A stretch of 62,175 nt of DNA, filler included, from an uncultured Methanosarcinales archaeon (GTDB lineage: Archaea > Nanobdellota > Nanobdellia > Woesearchaeales > CAIVOO01), in NCBI GenBank assembly GCA_964485195.1. It is 7 parts of 7 records of this genome, joined end to end, with 100 filler letters (N's around TTAATTAATTAA, not from the genome) between each part and the next. Parts side by side here need not be neighbours in the genome. Positions count along the whole stretch, not along the records: positions 32,058 to 41,195 come from CAZAIK010000016.1; positions 41,296 to 46,768 come from CAZAIK010000017.1; positions 46,869 to 52,176 come from CAZAIK010000018.1; 4 more parts are not named here. The stretch is one strand, 5' to 3'. Below, in pieces: positions 38,200 to 48,442 of this stretch. Position numbers and translations under genes: made by a program. Below the pieces are notes generated by a model. It saw nothing but the letters and a program-made list of their open reading frames with translations. It made no database searches and was not told the DNA's origin. Each line of letters begins with the position of its first letter. Position 1 is the stretch's first letter.

Positions 38200-38718
38200 C
38201 TACGCTTCCCACTCATTATAGTTAAAATATGCCTTAACATTAAGCTTTCCGTCATAAGCAATAATCTTTACTTTTGATTCCTTCAACATGTTTACAGCGT
38301 CTTCAATCTCCTCTCTCCACCTGTCATCAGTCTTTTCAATCATCTGCTTGTGCGTGACTAAAAATTTAATCCCAGAAGTTATAATGGCATTTACGCAATT
38401 GATGCAGGGGAGACAAGGCATTGCCATTGTTAGCCCTTTGATAGACAGCCCCTTTTTTGCTGCTTTGTAAATCAAATCTCTTTCTGCATGATTAAGGTAG
38501 TGATGTACACTTTCTCCTGTCGTACGTTTCTTTGTATGTTTCACACCAGGAGCAAAAGTGTTCATTCCTTTCAGAATAATTTTGTTATCTTTAACAAGCA
38601 ACGCCCCAACATGCGTAGTTGGGTGGCTGCTTTTTCTTGCATATCTATAGCAAGCCCTAATCCAAGAGGCATATTTCTTGTCCTGAGTGGTCTCTATGCC
38701 TAATTTCTTAACATCCAT
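38200..38718 (-). CDS. dCMP deaminase-like zinc deaminase
   Basis: VGALLV, HAERD, PCINC. Confidence 0.85.
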   Translation of the reverse strand: MDVKKLGIETTQDKKYASWIRACYRYARKSSHPTTHVGALLVKDNKIILKGMNTFAPGVKHTKKRTTGESVHHYLNHAERDLIYKAAKKGLSIKGLTMAMPCLPCINCVNAIITSGIKFLVTHKQMIEKTDDRWREEIEDAVNMLKESKVKIIAYDGKLNVKAYFNYNEWEA

Positions 38719-38815
38719 AACGTGAAAAAAATACCTGGATAGTTTATAAAACTAATGTCATTTAATTATTTGCATTCCGAAAGGTTTTTATATCCTCATA
38801 TCAGCACTAACTGAT

Positions 38816-39079
38816 ATGACTATTGAAAACAATCTTAGACTACTAAAAGCACTTAGCGAAGAATCAAGATACAAGATAGTAGAAGTCCTTCTTAATGGTG
38901 AGAAATGCGCTTGTGAGATACCTGCGTTGATTGGGAGAACTCAGAGCAATACATCAATGCACTTGACAAAGCTAACTGACTTAGGAATCCTTCAATCACG
39001 AAAAAAAGGTAAAAATGTTATTTATGGGCTTAAAGATGGGATTATGCGCAATAGATTAAAAAAGATTTTTGGGGTTTAA
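38816..39079 (+). CDS. ArsR/SmtB family regulator
   Basis: KALSEESR, EKCACEI, QSNTSMHL, K.GK.V.Y. Confidence 0.9.
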   Translation: MTIENNLRLLKALSEESRYKIVEVLLNGEKCACEIPALIGRTQSNTSMHLTKLTDLGILQSRKKGKNVIYGLKDGIMRNRLKKIFGV

Positions 39080-39087
39080 TCATTAAG

Positions 39088-39597
39088 ATGGCAATAGAAA
39101 GAATGAGAAAAACGCACGAAAACAAAGATTTATACAATATACTGCTTGCAGCAGCATTGATCATGGGGTTCATCTTTATTGTTTCGCTGGCAATATACTT
39201 TATCAAAGACAATTACGGATCTTCATGCAGCTGTAATGTTTCTGTTCCGACCATTATAGCCATCCTTGCATCCTTGGGAGTTTTCATTGGCATTATGACT
39301 TATTATTTTCTTTCAAAGTCATTTTCTAAAGAAAAAGAGAAAATCTTTGGAAATGTTGAAAAAACATTGAATTTTTTAGATCAGGAAGAAAAATCCATTT
39401 TTTTGTCCATAATTGAAAACAATGGCAGAATTGCCCAGAATACTCTAAGCAAAAAGACCGGGATTGATAGTGTTAAGCTTCATAGAAGACTATCAAGTCT
39501 TGAATCTAAAGGCATCATCCATAAATCAAGGAATGGCATGACAAATAAAATAATCCTTGATGACGATTTTAAGGAACTCTTCGTAAAAAATAACTAA
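39088..39597 (+). CDS. Two-TM protein with C-terminal winged HTH
   Basis: TM-CSC-TM, then L..EEK.I...G.I.Q..L...KLHRRLSSLESKGII...GMTN.I.L. Confidence 0.8.
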   Translation: MAIERMRKTHENKDLYNILLAAALIMGFIFIVSLAIYFIKDNYGSSCSCNVSVPTIIAILASLGVFIGIMTYYFLSKSFSKEKEKIFGNVEKTLNFLDQEEKSIFLSIIENNGRIAQNTLSKKTGIDSVKLHRRLSSLESKGIIHKSRNGMTNKIILDDDFKELFVKNN

Positions 39598-39598
39598 A

Positions 39599-39901
39599 AT
39601 GGAGGAAAACAATATGGTTGAAAACAAAGAAAGCATCTTTAGCGATGCTGTCAAAGAGCTTGTTGCCATCGGAGCAGCGATTGGGTCAAATTGTGAATTG
39701 TGCCTGAAATATCATTTTAATGAGGCAAGGCAGCTTGGAATATCCAAAGAGGAGATATGGAACGCGATAGATATGGCATGCAAAGTAAAGCAAACGCCTG
39801 CAAACTCAATGCTAAATCTTGCTGAAAAGCTATGCGACAAGAAAGCAACAATTCCAGACTGCGGATGCAACAGTACAGAAAAGAAAAACAAATGCTGCTG
39901 A
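39599..39901 (+). CDS. CMD/AhpD-family protein with Cys-rich tail
   Basis: KELVAIGAA..NCELCLKYH; C-terminal CGC...CC. Confidence 0.85.
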   Translation: MEENNMVENKESIFSDAVKELVAIGAAIGSNCELCLKYHFNEARQLGISKEEIWNAIDMACKVKQTPANSMLNLAEKLCDKKATIPDCGCNSTEKKNKCC

Positions 39902-39920
39902 TTTTTGATTACTTTTAATA

Positions 39921-40095
39921 AACCGAAAGCTCCGCATTTCAGTGCGGAGATGAAGGCTTTTAAAAGTTCCAAAAATCCGCTTGGCAAAAGCGAACGGCGT
40001 AAAGCCACAGGAATCAAAAAATCTTCAATTTTTGGTGTTCCAAAAAGCTTAGCTTTTTGAAACCTTTAACCCGTGAATAGCCGTGAGCTACGGAT
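39921..40095. mobile_element. Multi-hairpin non-coding element starting with an IS200/IS605-like end palindrome
   Basis: AAGCTCCGCA-TTTCAG-TGCGGAG followed by at least four further hairpins; no transposase nearby. Confidence 0.45.
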
Positions 40096-40238
40096 TGTTG
40101 TTACATACCTCACTGATTAAATGGAGCTTTGATTGATAAAGATTTAAACTCGCATAAGCACAATAATAAATCATAAAAATCCGAGCAACGAGAAAGTTGA
40201 TAAAGAGGACTTTATCAGCAATCGCCTAACTTTTATTA

Positions 40239-40508
40239 TTATAATTCAAATTCATCAATGAAATTTATAATTGTTTCATATTTCTCTAAAAATCTTAAAC
40301 CTTTGTCTGTTACTGAAATAAATTTGTTATTTGAATGGGTTGTTTCTTTAATAAAATTTTTTTTCAATAATTCTGAGTGATACTCATAAAAACCTGATGA
40401 AGAGAGATTTGATTTTCTTATTAGAGGGGTTATTTTCATAGAATTTTGGTTTGATTGAATAATAGATAGAATATCTCTAATTATCCTTAATCTACCTCTT
40501 TTTGCCAT
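40239..40508 (-). CDS. Small archaeal winged-helix protein
   Basis: KRGRL.II.DIL...IT.LI.KSNLS...TDKG..FL. Confidence 0.8.
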   Translation of the reverse strand: MAKRGRLRIIRDILSIIQSNQNSMKITPLIRKSNLSSSGFYEYHSELLKKNFIKETTHSNNKFISVTDKGLRFLEKYETIINFIDEFEL

Positions 40509-40509
40509 T

Positions 40510-41195
40510 TTAACTTGAACCTGCCTTTTTCAAAACTTTATACAGCATCAAAAGAAATATTCCAGAAGAGGCCAGATATATAATCAACTGAAAGTTCTGA
40601 AAAAAAGTGGGGATGAGAATATTGATTATATTTAATATCCAGAAAAATAATAACAATACATAAATTACATAGAGATTATGCCCTTTTGTTTTCTTTTTGG
40701 AATTTTTATAAGAAACATAAACTACAACAAGAACAAAAACCAGTAATAAGATATTCAATCCCAAGTATGAAAAAGGGTTTCTTGATACAACACTAAATAC
40801 AGCTAAAACAACAGCGATTATATGGAACAAGTAAATTTTATTTTCATGTTTCCACTTTTTATACATGACACTGTATAACAAATAAAAAATTGCCATTGCA
40901 CTAAAATACATGAATATTATCAAAGTTACTTGACTAACTAATGGATTGAATAATTTTGGTGAAATTGAGAAAATTCCATGAACATTAAAATAAGATAAGA
41001 TTAATTTGATAAATGACCTAAAAAAATATGCAAAAGCAAAGAACAGGAATGCCTGTCTGAAAAACTTCAGGCCTTTATATGAACTTAAGTCATATATCTC
41101 CTTTGTTCCATAATAAATCATTAAACTGCAAACTATAATTATAAAAGAATACAGAATCTCTGTTGAGATATTTGCTTGCACAACCTGCTGTGCTA
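40510..41195 (-). CDS. Multi-pass membrane protein, 5' end probably truncated by contig end
   Basis: About seven hydrophobic helices; AT-rich. Confidence 0.7.
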
Positions 41196-41295
41196 NNNNN
41201 NNNNNNNNNNNNNNNNNNNNNNNNNNNNNNNNNNNNNNNTTAATTAATTAANNNNNNNNNNNNNNNNNNNNNNNNNNNNNNNNNNNNNNNNNNNN
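41196..41295. other. Artificial contig linker
   Basis: N-TTAATTAATTAA-N. Confidence 0.98.
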
Positions 41296-41785
41296 GAATC
41301 CAGTGGATATTACTATAAATTATAGGATTCCCAGCTGGGTAAAGTCCAAGGCCAAGCTATCTCTTAACGGAAAAGAGCAGGCTGTTTCTGCAAAAGGAGG
41401 GAGTTACATGTCAATCAGCCGTACTTGGAAAAACGGAGATCAAATTGATCTTGTTTTACCAATGTCTTTATATGTTGAGCGAACACCGGATGATCCAAGT
41501 ATAGCTGCGATTATGTATGGACCCTTGGTTTTAGCAGGTGAACTTAAAAAGATAGAGCTTGCTTATGATGATATTTACAATAAATATGCTCCGAAACAAG
41601 ATCCCATTCCTGTTCCTGATTTTAAAGCAGACCCTAAATATCCGGATCAATGGATTAAACCTGTAGAAGGACGTTCACTTGTTTTTCAAACAATAGGTGT
41701 CGGATCACCAAGAGATGTTACATTGATTCCTTTCTATCGCCTTTTTGACCATCGGTATGCAATTTATTGGAAATTTCATAAATAA
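41296..41785 (+). CDS. C-terminal part of a GH127/GH146-type beta-L-arabinofuranosidase
   Basis: RIPSW, R.WK.GD, LPM, YGPLVLAG, L.PFY...RYAIYW. Confidence 0.8.
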
Positions 41786-41958
41786 GACAGACTTGTGACT
41801 TGATTTTTTAGGTTTGAATGCTCTGGAGAAAATTATCATAATTAGAAAAAGGTTTTGGCTGCTAAATGGAAAGCATGGACGGGAAAAGCCAATTTTTTCC
41901 CTGACCATGGAAACAGAACTTAAGGAGTAATTTTTTTATAAAATCCAAATAACCTCGG

Positions 41959-43452
41959 TCATTCATTGTCCAGAGGTGAACAGTTTACTTCAGGTATCCA
42001 AGTGGCAAGTTTTTTCATTATGGCCCTATATTCAGGCTTTGAAGCGAGGTTAGTAAATTCATTTGGATCTTTCCGGTGGTCATAGAGTTCTTCCGTTCCA
42101 TCATGATATCGAATGTACCGCCAGTGTTTAGAACGGATTGCATGATTATTGTAGCCCCAGGTACTCACAATGGGTTTTTCAGTTTCCAGATAAGGATTTC
42201 TTAACAGGGGTACCAAGCTTTTACCTTCCAAGGTGGAAGCCGGTCTATTACCTGTCAGTTCTACCAGAGTTGGATAGACATCCAAAAGACTAACTGGTTG
42301 CTGGCATATGCTCTGTGGTTGTGTCATACCCGGTACTATAAACATCAACGGAATCCGGGTGGATTCTTCCCAAAGTGTAAATTTTTCCCAGTGCTCCTTT
42401 TCTCCTATATGCATACCGTGATCAGACCAGAGAACAATTATAGTATTTTCAGCATAGAGAGATTTATCTAATGCGTCCAATAAATGTCCAAGCTGAGCAT
42501 CAGAATAACTAATTGAGGCTACATAAGCCTGAACCGCCTCTTTCCATTTGTCTTGCTTTAAAATCCATTCCTGCCACTCCCGTCGGCAAAAATTTTTTCC
42601 TACTGGAGAACAATCTTCCAGATCATTTTCCTGAGTCAGAGGAAGTTTAATTTCATTAAGGGGGTAAAGGTCGTAATATTTTTTGGGTACAAACCAGGGA
42701 ATATGGGGCCGAAAGATCCCCACTCCCAGAAAAAATGGTTTTTCATGATTCTGGTTCAGTTTTTTGGTGGCCCAATCCACTACTTTATAATCGCTGGTTT
42801 CCCGGTCCGGTACATCCAGCGGACTCCAATCAAAAAAATAAGGGGGACGATTGTGTGTTTGATCTCCTACTACAGGATTCCATATGACAGTTCCATTATT
42901 TTTTTTAACTGCACTTTCTGGCCAGACAAATTCAGGTAACGGATCTTTTTTGGAGGGAAAGTACTCATCCCATATTTCAGGATCATTCTCATTGGTTCCA
43001 TAGCTGGTTTTAATCCAGGAAAGACAGTGAAACAGCTTTCCTCCTCCTGCTGTATGATAGTTTAATGATTGGAAGTATTCAGGAATGGTAGTTGCATTTT
43101 TAAGAACAGGAGATTGCCGCCAGTGGTGGCGGTTGTAATAGATGCCTGAAGTAGATGGTCTGATTCCGGTAAACAGACTGGCCCGGGAAGGATTACAGGC
43201 TGGTGCTGAGCAGTGAGCATTGGTGAACAGGACTCCTCGCTTAGCCAGTCTGTCTAAATTGGGTGTATGAACTCCAGGTCGACCTCCCAGACAGTTAGCC
43301 CAGTCGTTCAAGTCGTCTACAGCAATAAACAGAACATTGGGGAGAGTCTTCTTTCTAGCACATGATCCCAGCCAGGTTGGAATCATAGCGGCTGCTGCTC
43401 CGCATCCCAGCGTTTTTAAAAATTCCCGCCGAGTTTTATTTTCCGTCTTCAT
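41959..43452 (-). CDS. Tat-exported formylglycine-dependent sulfatase
   Basis: TRREFLK leader, IAVDDL, CNPSR, GKLFH, SDHG, EELYD. Confidence 0.93.
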   Translation of the reverse strand: MKTENKTRREFLKTLGCGAAAAMIPTWLGSCARKKTLPNVLFIAVDDLNDWANCLGGRPGVHTPNLDRLAKRGVLFTNAHCSAPACNPSRASLFTGIRPSTSGIYYNRHHWRQSPVLKNATTIPEYFQSLNYHTAGGGKLFHCLSWIKTSYGTNENDPEIWDEYFPSKKDPLPEFVWPESAVKKNNGTVIWNPVVGDQTHNRPPYFFDWSPLDVPDRETSDYKVVDWATKKLNQNHEKPFFLGVGIFRPHIPWFVPKKYYDLYPLNEIKLPLTQENDLEDCSPVGKNFCRREWQEWILKQDKWKEAVQAYVASISYSDAQLGHLLDALDKSLYAENTIIVLWSDHGMHIGEKEHWEKFTLWEESTRIPLMFIVPGMTQPQSICQQPVSLLDVYPTLVELTGNRPASTLEGKSLVPLLRNPYLETEKPIVSTWGYNNHAIRSKHWRYIRYHDGTEELYDHRKDPNEFTNLASKPEYRAIMKKLATWIPEVNCSPLDNE

Positions 43453-43504
43453 TTTCACACTCCTCATTGTTGATGAATAGTTAAAATTAAATTTAGTTAT
43501 TTTT

Positions 43505-45874
43505 TTATTCTATCCTCCATTCTATAACACCGCACTCACGCCATACTACATCTCTATCAATAAATAAAGCATCAGGTGGACCTATATGACCTGCTCTGTA
43601 CAAAATACTCTGGGGTATTATTTCCAGGCGGATGGCAGTAGATCTCAGGGAATCAAAGGTTACGGAGTTAAAGGTGTCTTTTTTTATTTTATAAGGCTGG
43701 TGATTATGTACAGGAATCCACTCCTTTCCCCTTTTATACAGAAGGCGCCATGACTCCGGCAGTTTACAAAATCTCTTGTCATCCACCCAGTACACTTTAG
43801 AGGATGAGACTTGAGTCGGATGTTTAAAATCGTACTGAATCCAGACCGGCTTTCCTTCCGGAGACCTCATACGAAAATACAGATTTGATTCATCCAAGGA
43901 ATGTAGGGGTTGTTTTCCGTCATAAACAGACTCGATTGCATCATTTTGATCGTTGTAACCTGTCCAATTTTTTTCAATTTTCCCTCTAGAACTGACTGTA
44001 TTTATTGGTTCAGGAGGAACTGGTTTTAATCTGATACGATTACTACGACCTGCCAACCAAACAGTCATCTTTTTTTTGCCGCGATTAGCCCAGGAAAAAT
44101 AAGGAATAGCTACCAGCTTATGAGGTTTCTGCAGAACAGAATCTTGATTCTTTCCCCGAGAAATAGCTAGGACCTTACCTTTAACAATGCTAATACCACC
44201 TAATAGATCTTTACAGTATTCACTTTTAAAAACGGCATCATTCTGTACCAAGAGATTCAACACATTCCCCTTATTATCCGGTGCTTCTGCGCAGTAAACT
44301 AAAGGTCCTCTTTCTATGGCCACACGCCCCCTATTATCTTTTATTTTTTTATGAGCATGAACCTTTCTTACCGGCATGGGAATATCCAATTCGATCACAT
44401 CTCCTTGGTTCCATTCTCGTACCAGCCGGGCAAAGCCCTTTTCCATTTCATATTCAACTGGTTTTTCGTTTACGGTGATGATTACGGAGTCATCATAAAC
44501 GTATTGGTAATGATAGAGATCGCCGGGCATAGGTTGATTTCTGGTCCAGAGAGGAATGCGGATAAAAAAGTTAAATTTTTTACTTTGTTCCAGTTCTACA
44601 ATCATTTTTACTTTACCCTCCCAGGGATACCGGGTCTTTTGGGTGATATGGATAGAAGAGTTGTTTAATTTTATATTCGCTGTGCTGGCAATGAAAAGAT
44701 TTACATAAATATCATTTTTGGATTTTGCATATATATATTTTTCTAAGGAGGCCATGAGACGTACAATATTAGGAGGACAGCATGGGACATTTATCCAGCG
44801 AAACCTTTCATAATTTCCAAAGGATTTAAGAGGATTTTGGTAGAAAAATCGATTTCCTTTGAGGGATACTCCCACCAGCCAGGCATTATAGAGAATCCGT
44901 TCCATCAAATCAATATATTTTGCCTGGCGGTGCAAAAGAAAGAGGCGGTGATTCCACACAGCGTTTCCGTAGGCAGCACAGGTTTCATTCCAGGAGTTCA
45001 GATTGGGGAGATGGTAAGGATCACCGTACTTTTCGTGAAAACGGACTGATCCTATACCACCGGTCAGATAAGTCTTTTTATAGACAGCATCTTTCCAAAT
45101 CCGGTCCACGGCTTTGACTAACGCTTCATCTCCGGTCAAGGCAGCAACATCAGTCATAGCAATATATAGGAAAGTTGCCCGGACACAGTGACCCACGGCC
45201 TTGCTCTGTTCAATTACCGGTTTATGATCCTGGTTGTAAGTACGGTATTTAGCATATTCACCAGTACGTTTATAATCCTCTTTCCCCCGTTCATGGAGAA
45301 AGAACCTGGCCAGGTTTAGGTAACGCTGGTTTCCGGTATAACGATACAGTTTTATAAGTCCGATTTTCAACCACTCATGATGGGATATATAGGTTTTTTT
45401 GTTGGGCCCATAAAGGGAATCAATAACATTAGCTACTTTAAGGGCGGCATCTAACATTTTTCTGTTTCCGGTTGCCTTATGATACTCAACCGCAGCCTCA
45501 AAGAAATGGCCGGAAATTTTTACTGTGGATTCCGGATTTTTCTTAATTCTGGACTCAACTTCCTTGATGGTCTGGTCAATTACAGAGTTTACATATTCTT
45601 CCAGCTCAATATCAGGTTTTTTGGCCAGCATGTAAGCCGCACCTTCTATCATTTTGGGGCTGGCTAATTCACCGGTCTCTTCGTACATCTGGAAACAGTG
45701 CGGGAGTGATACCTCCCGGTTGATTTCCCTTCGGGGAGTCCAAAAATCGTCTATGATTTCCACATCTGTATATGGTACTGTCTGGAGAGGATAATCAGCC
45801 TGAATCTGACTGTGGGAGAAGGAAGAGGTAGTTGATATAATCAGGATGGAAAATAGTATTATTCCTATTCTCAT
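43505..45874 (-). CDS. GH127 beta-L-arabinofuranosidase-like glycoside hydrolase with C-terminal F5/8-like domain
   Basis: GHCVRA, ETCA, ERILYN, FFYQNPL, CCPPN, YPWEG, RGPLVYC. Confidence 0.9.
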   Translation of the reverse strand: MRIGIILFSILIISTTSSFSHSQIQADYPLQTVPYTDVEIIDDFWTPRREINREVSLPHCFQMYEETGELASPKMIEGAAYMLAKKPDIELEEYVNSVIDQTIKEVESRIKKNPESTVKISGHFFEAAVEYHKATGNRKMLDAALKVANVIDSLYGPNKKTYISHHEWLKIGLIKLYRYTGNQRYLNLARFFLHERGKEDYKRTGEYAKYRTYNQDHKPVIEQSKAVGHCVRATFLYIAMTDVAALTGDEALVKAVDRIWKDAVYKKTYLTGGIGSVRFHEKYGDPYHLPNLNSWNETCAAYGNAVWNHRLFLLHRQAKYIDLMERILYNAWLVGVSLKGNRFFYQNPLKSFGNYERFRWINVPCCPPNIVRLMASLEKYIYAKSKNDIYVNLFIASTANIKLNNSSIHITQKTRYPWEGKVKMIVELEQSKKFNFFIRIPLWTRNQPMPGDLYHYQYVYDDSVIITVNEKPVEYEMEKGFARLVREWNQGDVIELDIPMPVRKVHAHKKIKDNRGRVAIERGPLVYCAEAPDNKGNVLNLLVQNDAVFKSEYCKDLLGGISIVKGKVLAISRGKNQDSVLQKPHKLVAIPYFSWANRGKKKMTVWLAGRSNRIRLKPVPPEPINTVSSRGKIEKNWTGYNDQNDAIESVYDGKQPLHSLDESNLYFRMRSPEGKPVWIQYDFKHPTQVSSSKVYWVDDKRFCKLPESWRLLYKRGKEWIPVHNHQPYKIKKDTFNSVTFDSLRSTAIRLEIIPQSILYRAGHIGPPDALFIDRDVVWRECGVIEWRIE

Positions 45875-46522
45875 ATTTTTACTCCTTTAGATGCATAGTA
45901 AATAAGTTAAAATTTAAAAAACATGTTTATTGTTTTTTTGGGGAATGATGTTATATTTGGATAAGTAACTTTGTTTTAGAATAGATTATATTCTATTATG
46001 AATATAATTTTTTAAAAGGAAATTTATTTTCTCACTATTTTTTCCCAAAAAAAGTTTCCACATTGCTTTTGAAAGAAGGAAAAGATTATCGGAATTTTTC
46101 TTTCTTATAACCATTCTACAACAAAATTACAATAAACCCATATGCTTTTTTTCTTAGACACATATCTGAGCCTGGTTGAATCCAAATATACTAATATTTT
46201 CATTACGTTAATCCTACTTATTTTTAATACTTAAATATATAAAAAATAAGATAATTATGCAATAATCAAATGATCAACTTTTAATTATTTTTTTAGCCAC
46301 GGATACACACGGATTAACACAGAATAAAAATTAATTTCCGATCGCCCTGGATTTCCTAATCCAGGGTGTATAAACCGGGGGCTTCACAGCCCACGAAACA
46401 AAAAAGCATCATAATGAAAAGATACAGTATAGTATCAAACGGAACTACATTTTATTATTCAACCTGTTCCATAATTAATTGGATAGTGTATATAGGCTGT
46501 CCAATAAGTTCTAAAATTATGG

Positions 46523-46617
46523 AACCACAGAGCACACAGAGGAATTTAGAATTTACAAGGTAAATAGAAATAATATTTATTTTTTTTCATATTTATTTCT
46601 CTGAGTTCTCTGTGGTT
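46523..46617. repeat. Inverted-repeat (REP-like) element
   Basis: AACCACAGAGCACACAGAG ... CTCTGAGTTCTCTGTGGTT; related CCACGGATACACACGGATTAACACAGA near 46297. Confidence 0.6.
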
Positions 46618-46768
46618 ATTTTTTAATTTTTATTCAGCTCCCGGAATGTTCAGAATTTCGGTAAAATAAAAGATATGCCTATATTCACTCCGGAAGGAAT
46701 TGTAACATATCCAATATGTACAGTTAGTGTATTACCAATAGTAAAAATCAATCCTCCAAACACATCAA

Positions 46769-46868
46769 NNNNNNNNNNNNNNNNNNNNNNNNNNNNNNNN
46801 NNNNNNNNNNNNTTAATTAATTAANNNNNNNNNNNNNNNNNNNNNNNNNNNNNNNNNNNNNNNNNNNN
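46769..46868. other. Artificial contig linker
   Basis: N-TTAATTAATTAA-N. Confidence 0.98.
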
Positions 46869-46983
46869 AGTATAATGAACAGCCGAATATTTTTTATCGC
46901 AGCAGTATTGAACCCTGAGATAGCCACTAATTAGAAAAATTTCTGATATCTTTTACCTACGGCTATAAACAACCCCCCATCAA

Positions 46984-47187
46984 CGGTTAACCACAGTCCT
47001 TGACTGCGGGCCTTCACTCCTTTGAACGTAACCGGCAGTCAGGGACTGCCTCTAACCGAGGAAGGATTGAAAACGATCATATAACCAAATAATTACTGCT
47101 ATTTACTGTAAGGCTTTTTCATTATTCATTATAAATTATAAATTATTCATTATTAAACCGGATAACCGCAGTCCCTCACTGCGGGCC
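46984..47187. repeat. Three REP-like palindromes (two as an inverted pair)
   Basis: GCAGTC-CCT-GACTGC core variants at about 46984-47010, 47032-47058 (reverse) and 47157-47187. Confidence 0.65.
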
Positions 47188-47328
47188 ATCGCTCCAATAA
47201 ACTTAACTAAAAAAATCAGAAAAAAGACTTGACCTTTTATTTATTTTTTTTAACATTTAAATAATTCACTTATTTATAAAAATTTCATTCGTATTTTAAC
47301 CACAATCAATCCAAAACAAGGAGGTGCT

Positions 47329-48342
47329 ATGAAAAAATTAATGATTGCATCATTTCTTTCGATCCTTACCCTGCTTTTGATGAACTGCGCCACCACAAAA
47401 ATTACTCCGGGAGAGAATGTTGACCCTGCCAGCATAGAACTGGTATACAAAACAATGATACAGTGGAGCGGGCAGGGAGTTATTGCTCCTCCGGCTCTTT
47501 CCCCGGACCGTACCAGAAAATTAAGTGCTTCCATGGGCGGCGGAAAACTCTATGTGGAGGACATTAAAGGATCGGAAAAACAGAATGTGTATACAGCGGC
47601 CAGTGACGGAGTATTCTCTCCTCACATTGCTGATATTTCCTGGAGTCCTGACGGACAGAGGGCAGCCATTTTCGTTATCTGGGGCATGTCCAACGCCGCA
47701 CAGTATACTCTTCTGGAAATGGAAAACTTCAACAGCAGCTCGCTTTTGGGGTTTACTCCTCCCTTTGCACCCGGACGTAAGGATCAGGGCAAAAACGACG
47801 TGGTGTATAACTGCGGTGCATCCTGGAAAAACGAAAGAATCCTGGTTATGTCTGCCTTTCTGAAAAATTCCGAACAGTACCATCTCCTTGAATACGACAT
47901 CGGTTCAGGCGAAAAAACCATCATCAGCGAAAGTGACGTGATAAAGGCCTTTTTCTCGCCCGACGGGGGAAAAGCCGCATTTTTCAGGCCCGGCGGCCAG
48001 TATGAAGGAAACTGGTATTCCAGCTTGTCCTCCCTTGAATCCTATTTTAAAACCCTCGACCTGTACATAGGAGATGCTGATTTCTCAAATGCTGAAAAGA
48101 TTGCTGACGGTATCATTATTAACAGACGAGTCACCTGGTCTGAAGACGGCCGTTATCTGGCCTATGTACAGGACGGTAAGAGAACCCTGACCGGAGCAAA
48201 AAATACTCTGAAAATCCTGGATACCCACAAAAATGATTCCTATGAGATCTGTACAGGTACCTTTCTCAACTCACCACGGTTTTATCCTGGTAATGAAATT
48301 TATTTTTTTGTGGGAGATAATATTTACAAAACCAAAATATAA
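47329..48342 (+). CDS. Lipoprotein with TolB/WD40-like beta-propeller
   Basis: GGAGG RBS, LLMNC lipobox-like, repeated WSPDG/FSPDG/WSEDG. Confidence 0.8.
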   Translation: MKKLMIASFLSILTLLLMNCATTKITPGENVDPASIELVYKTMIQWSGQGVIAPPALSPDRTRKLSASMGGGKLYVEDIKGSEKQNVYTAASDGVFSPHIADISWSPDGQRAAIFVIWGMSNAAQYTLLEMENFNSSSLLGFTPPFAPGRKDQGKNDVVYNCGASWKNERILVMSAFLKNSEQYHLLEYDIGSGEKTIISESDVIKAFFSPDGGKAAFFRPGGQYEGNWYSSLSSLESYFKTLDLYIGDADFSNAEKIADGIIINRRVTWSEDGRYLAYVQDGKRTLTGAKNTLKILDTHKNDSYEICTGTFLNSPRFYPGNEIYFFVGDNIYKTKI

Positions 48343-48369
48343 AATTTATTACAGAAAGAAATTAAGTAG

Positions 48370-48400
48370 AAAAGGGAATGCCTCAGGCATTCCCTTTTTT
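48370..48400. terminator. Bidirectional intrinsic terminator
   Basis: AAAAGGGAATGCC-TCA-GGCATTCCCTTTT between convergent genes. Confidence 0.88.
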
Positions 48401-48442
48401 GTTCAACTTGAATGTTTTAAAATACTACAAAAAAATAAAGAC

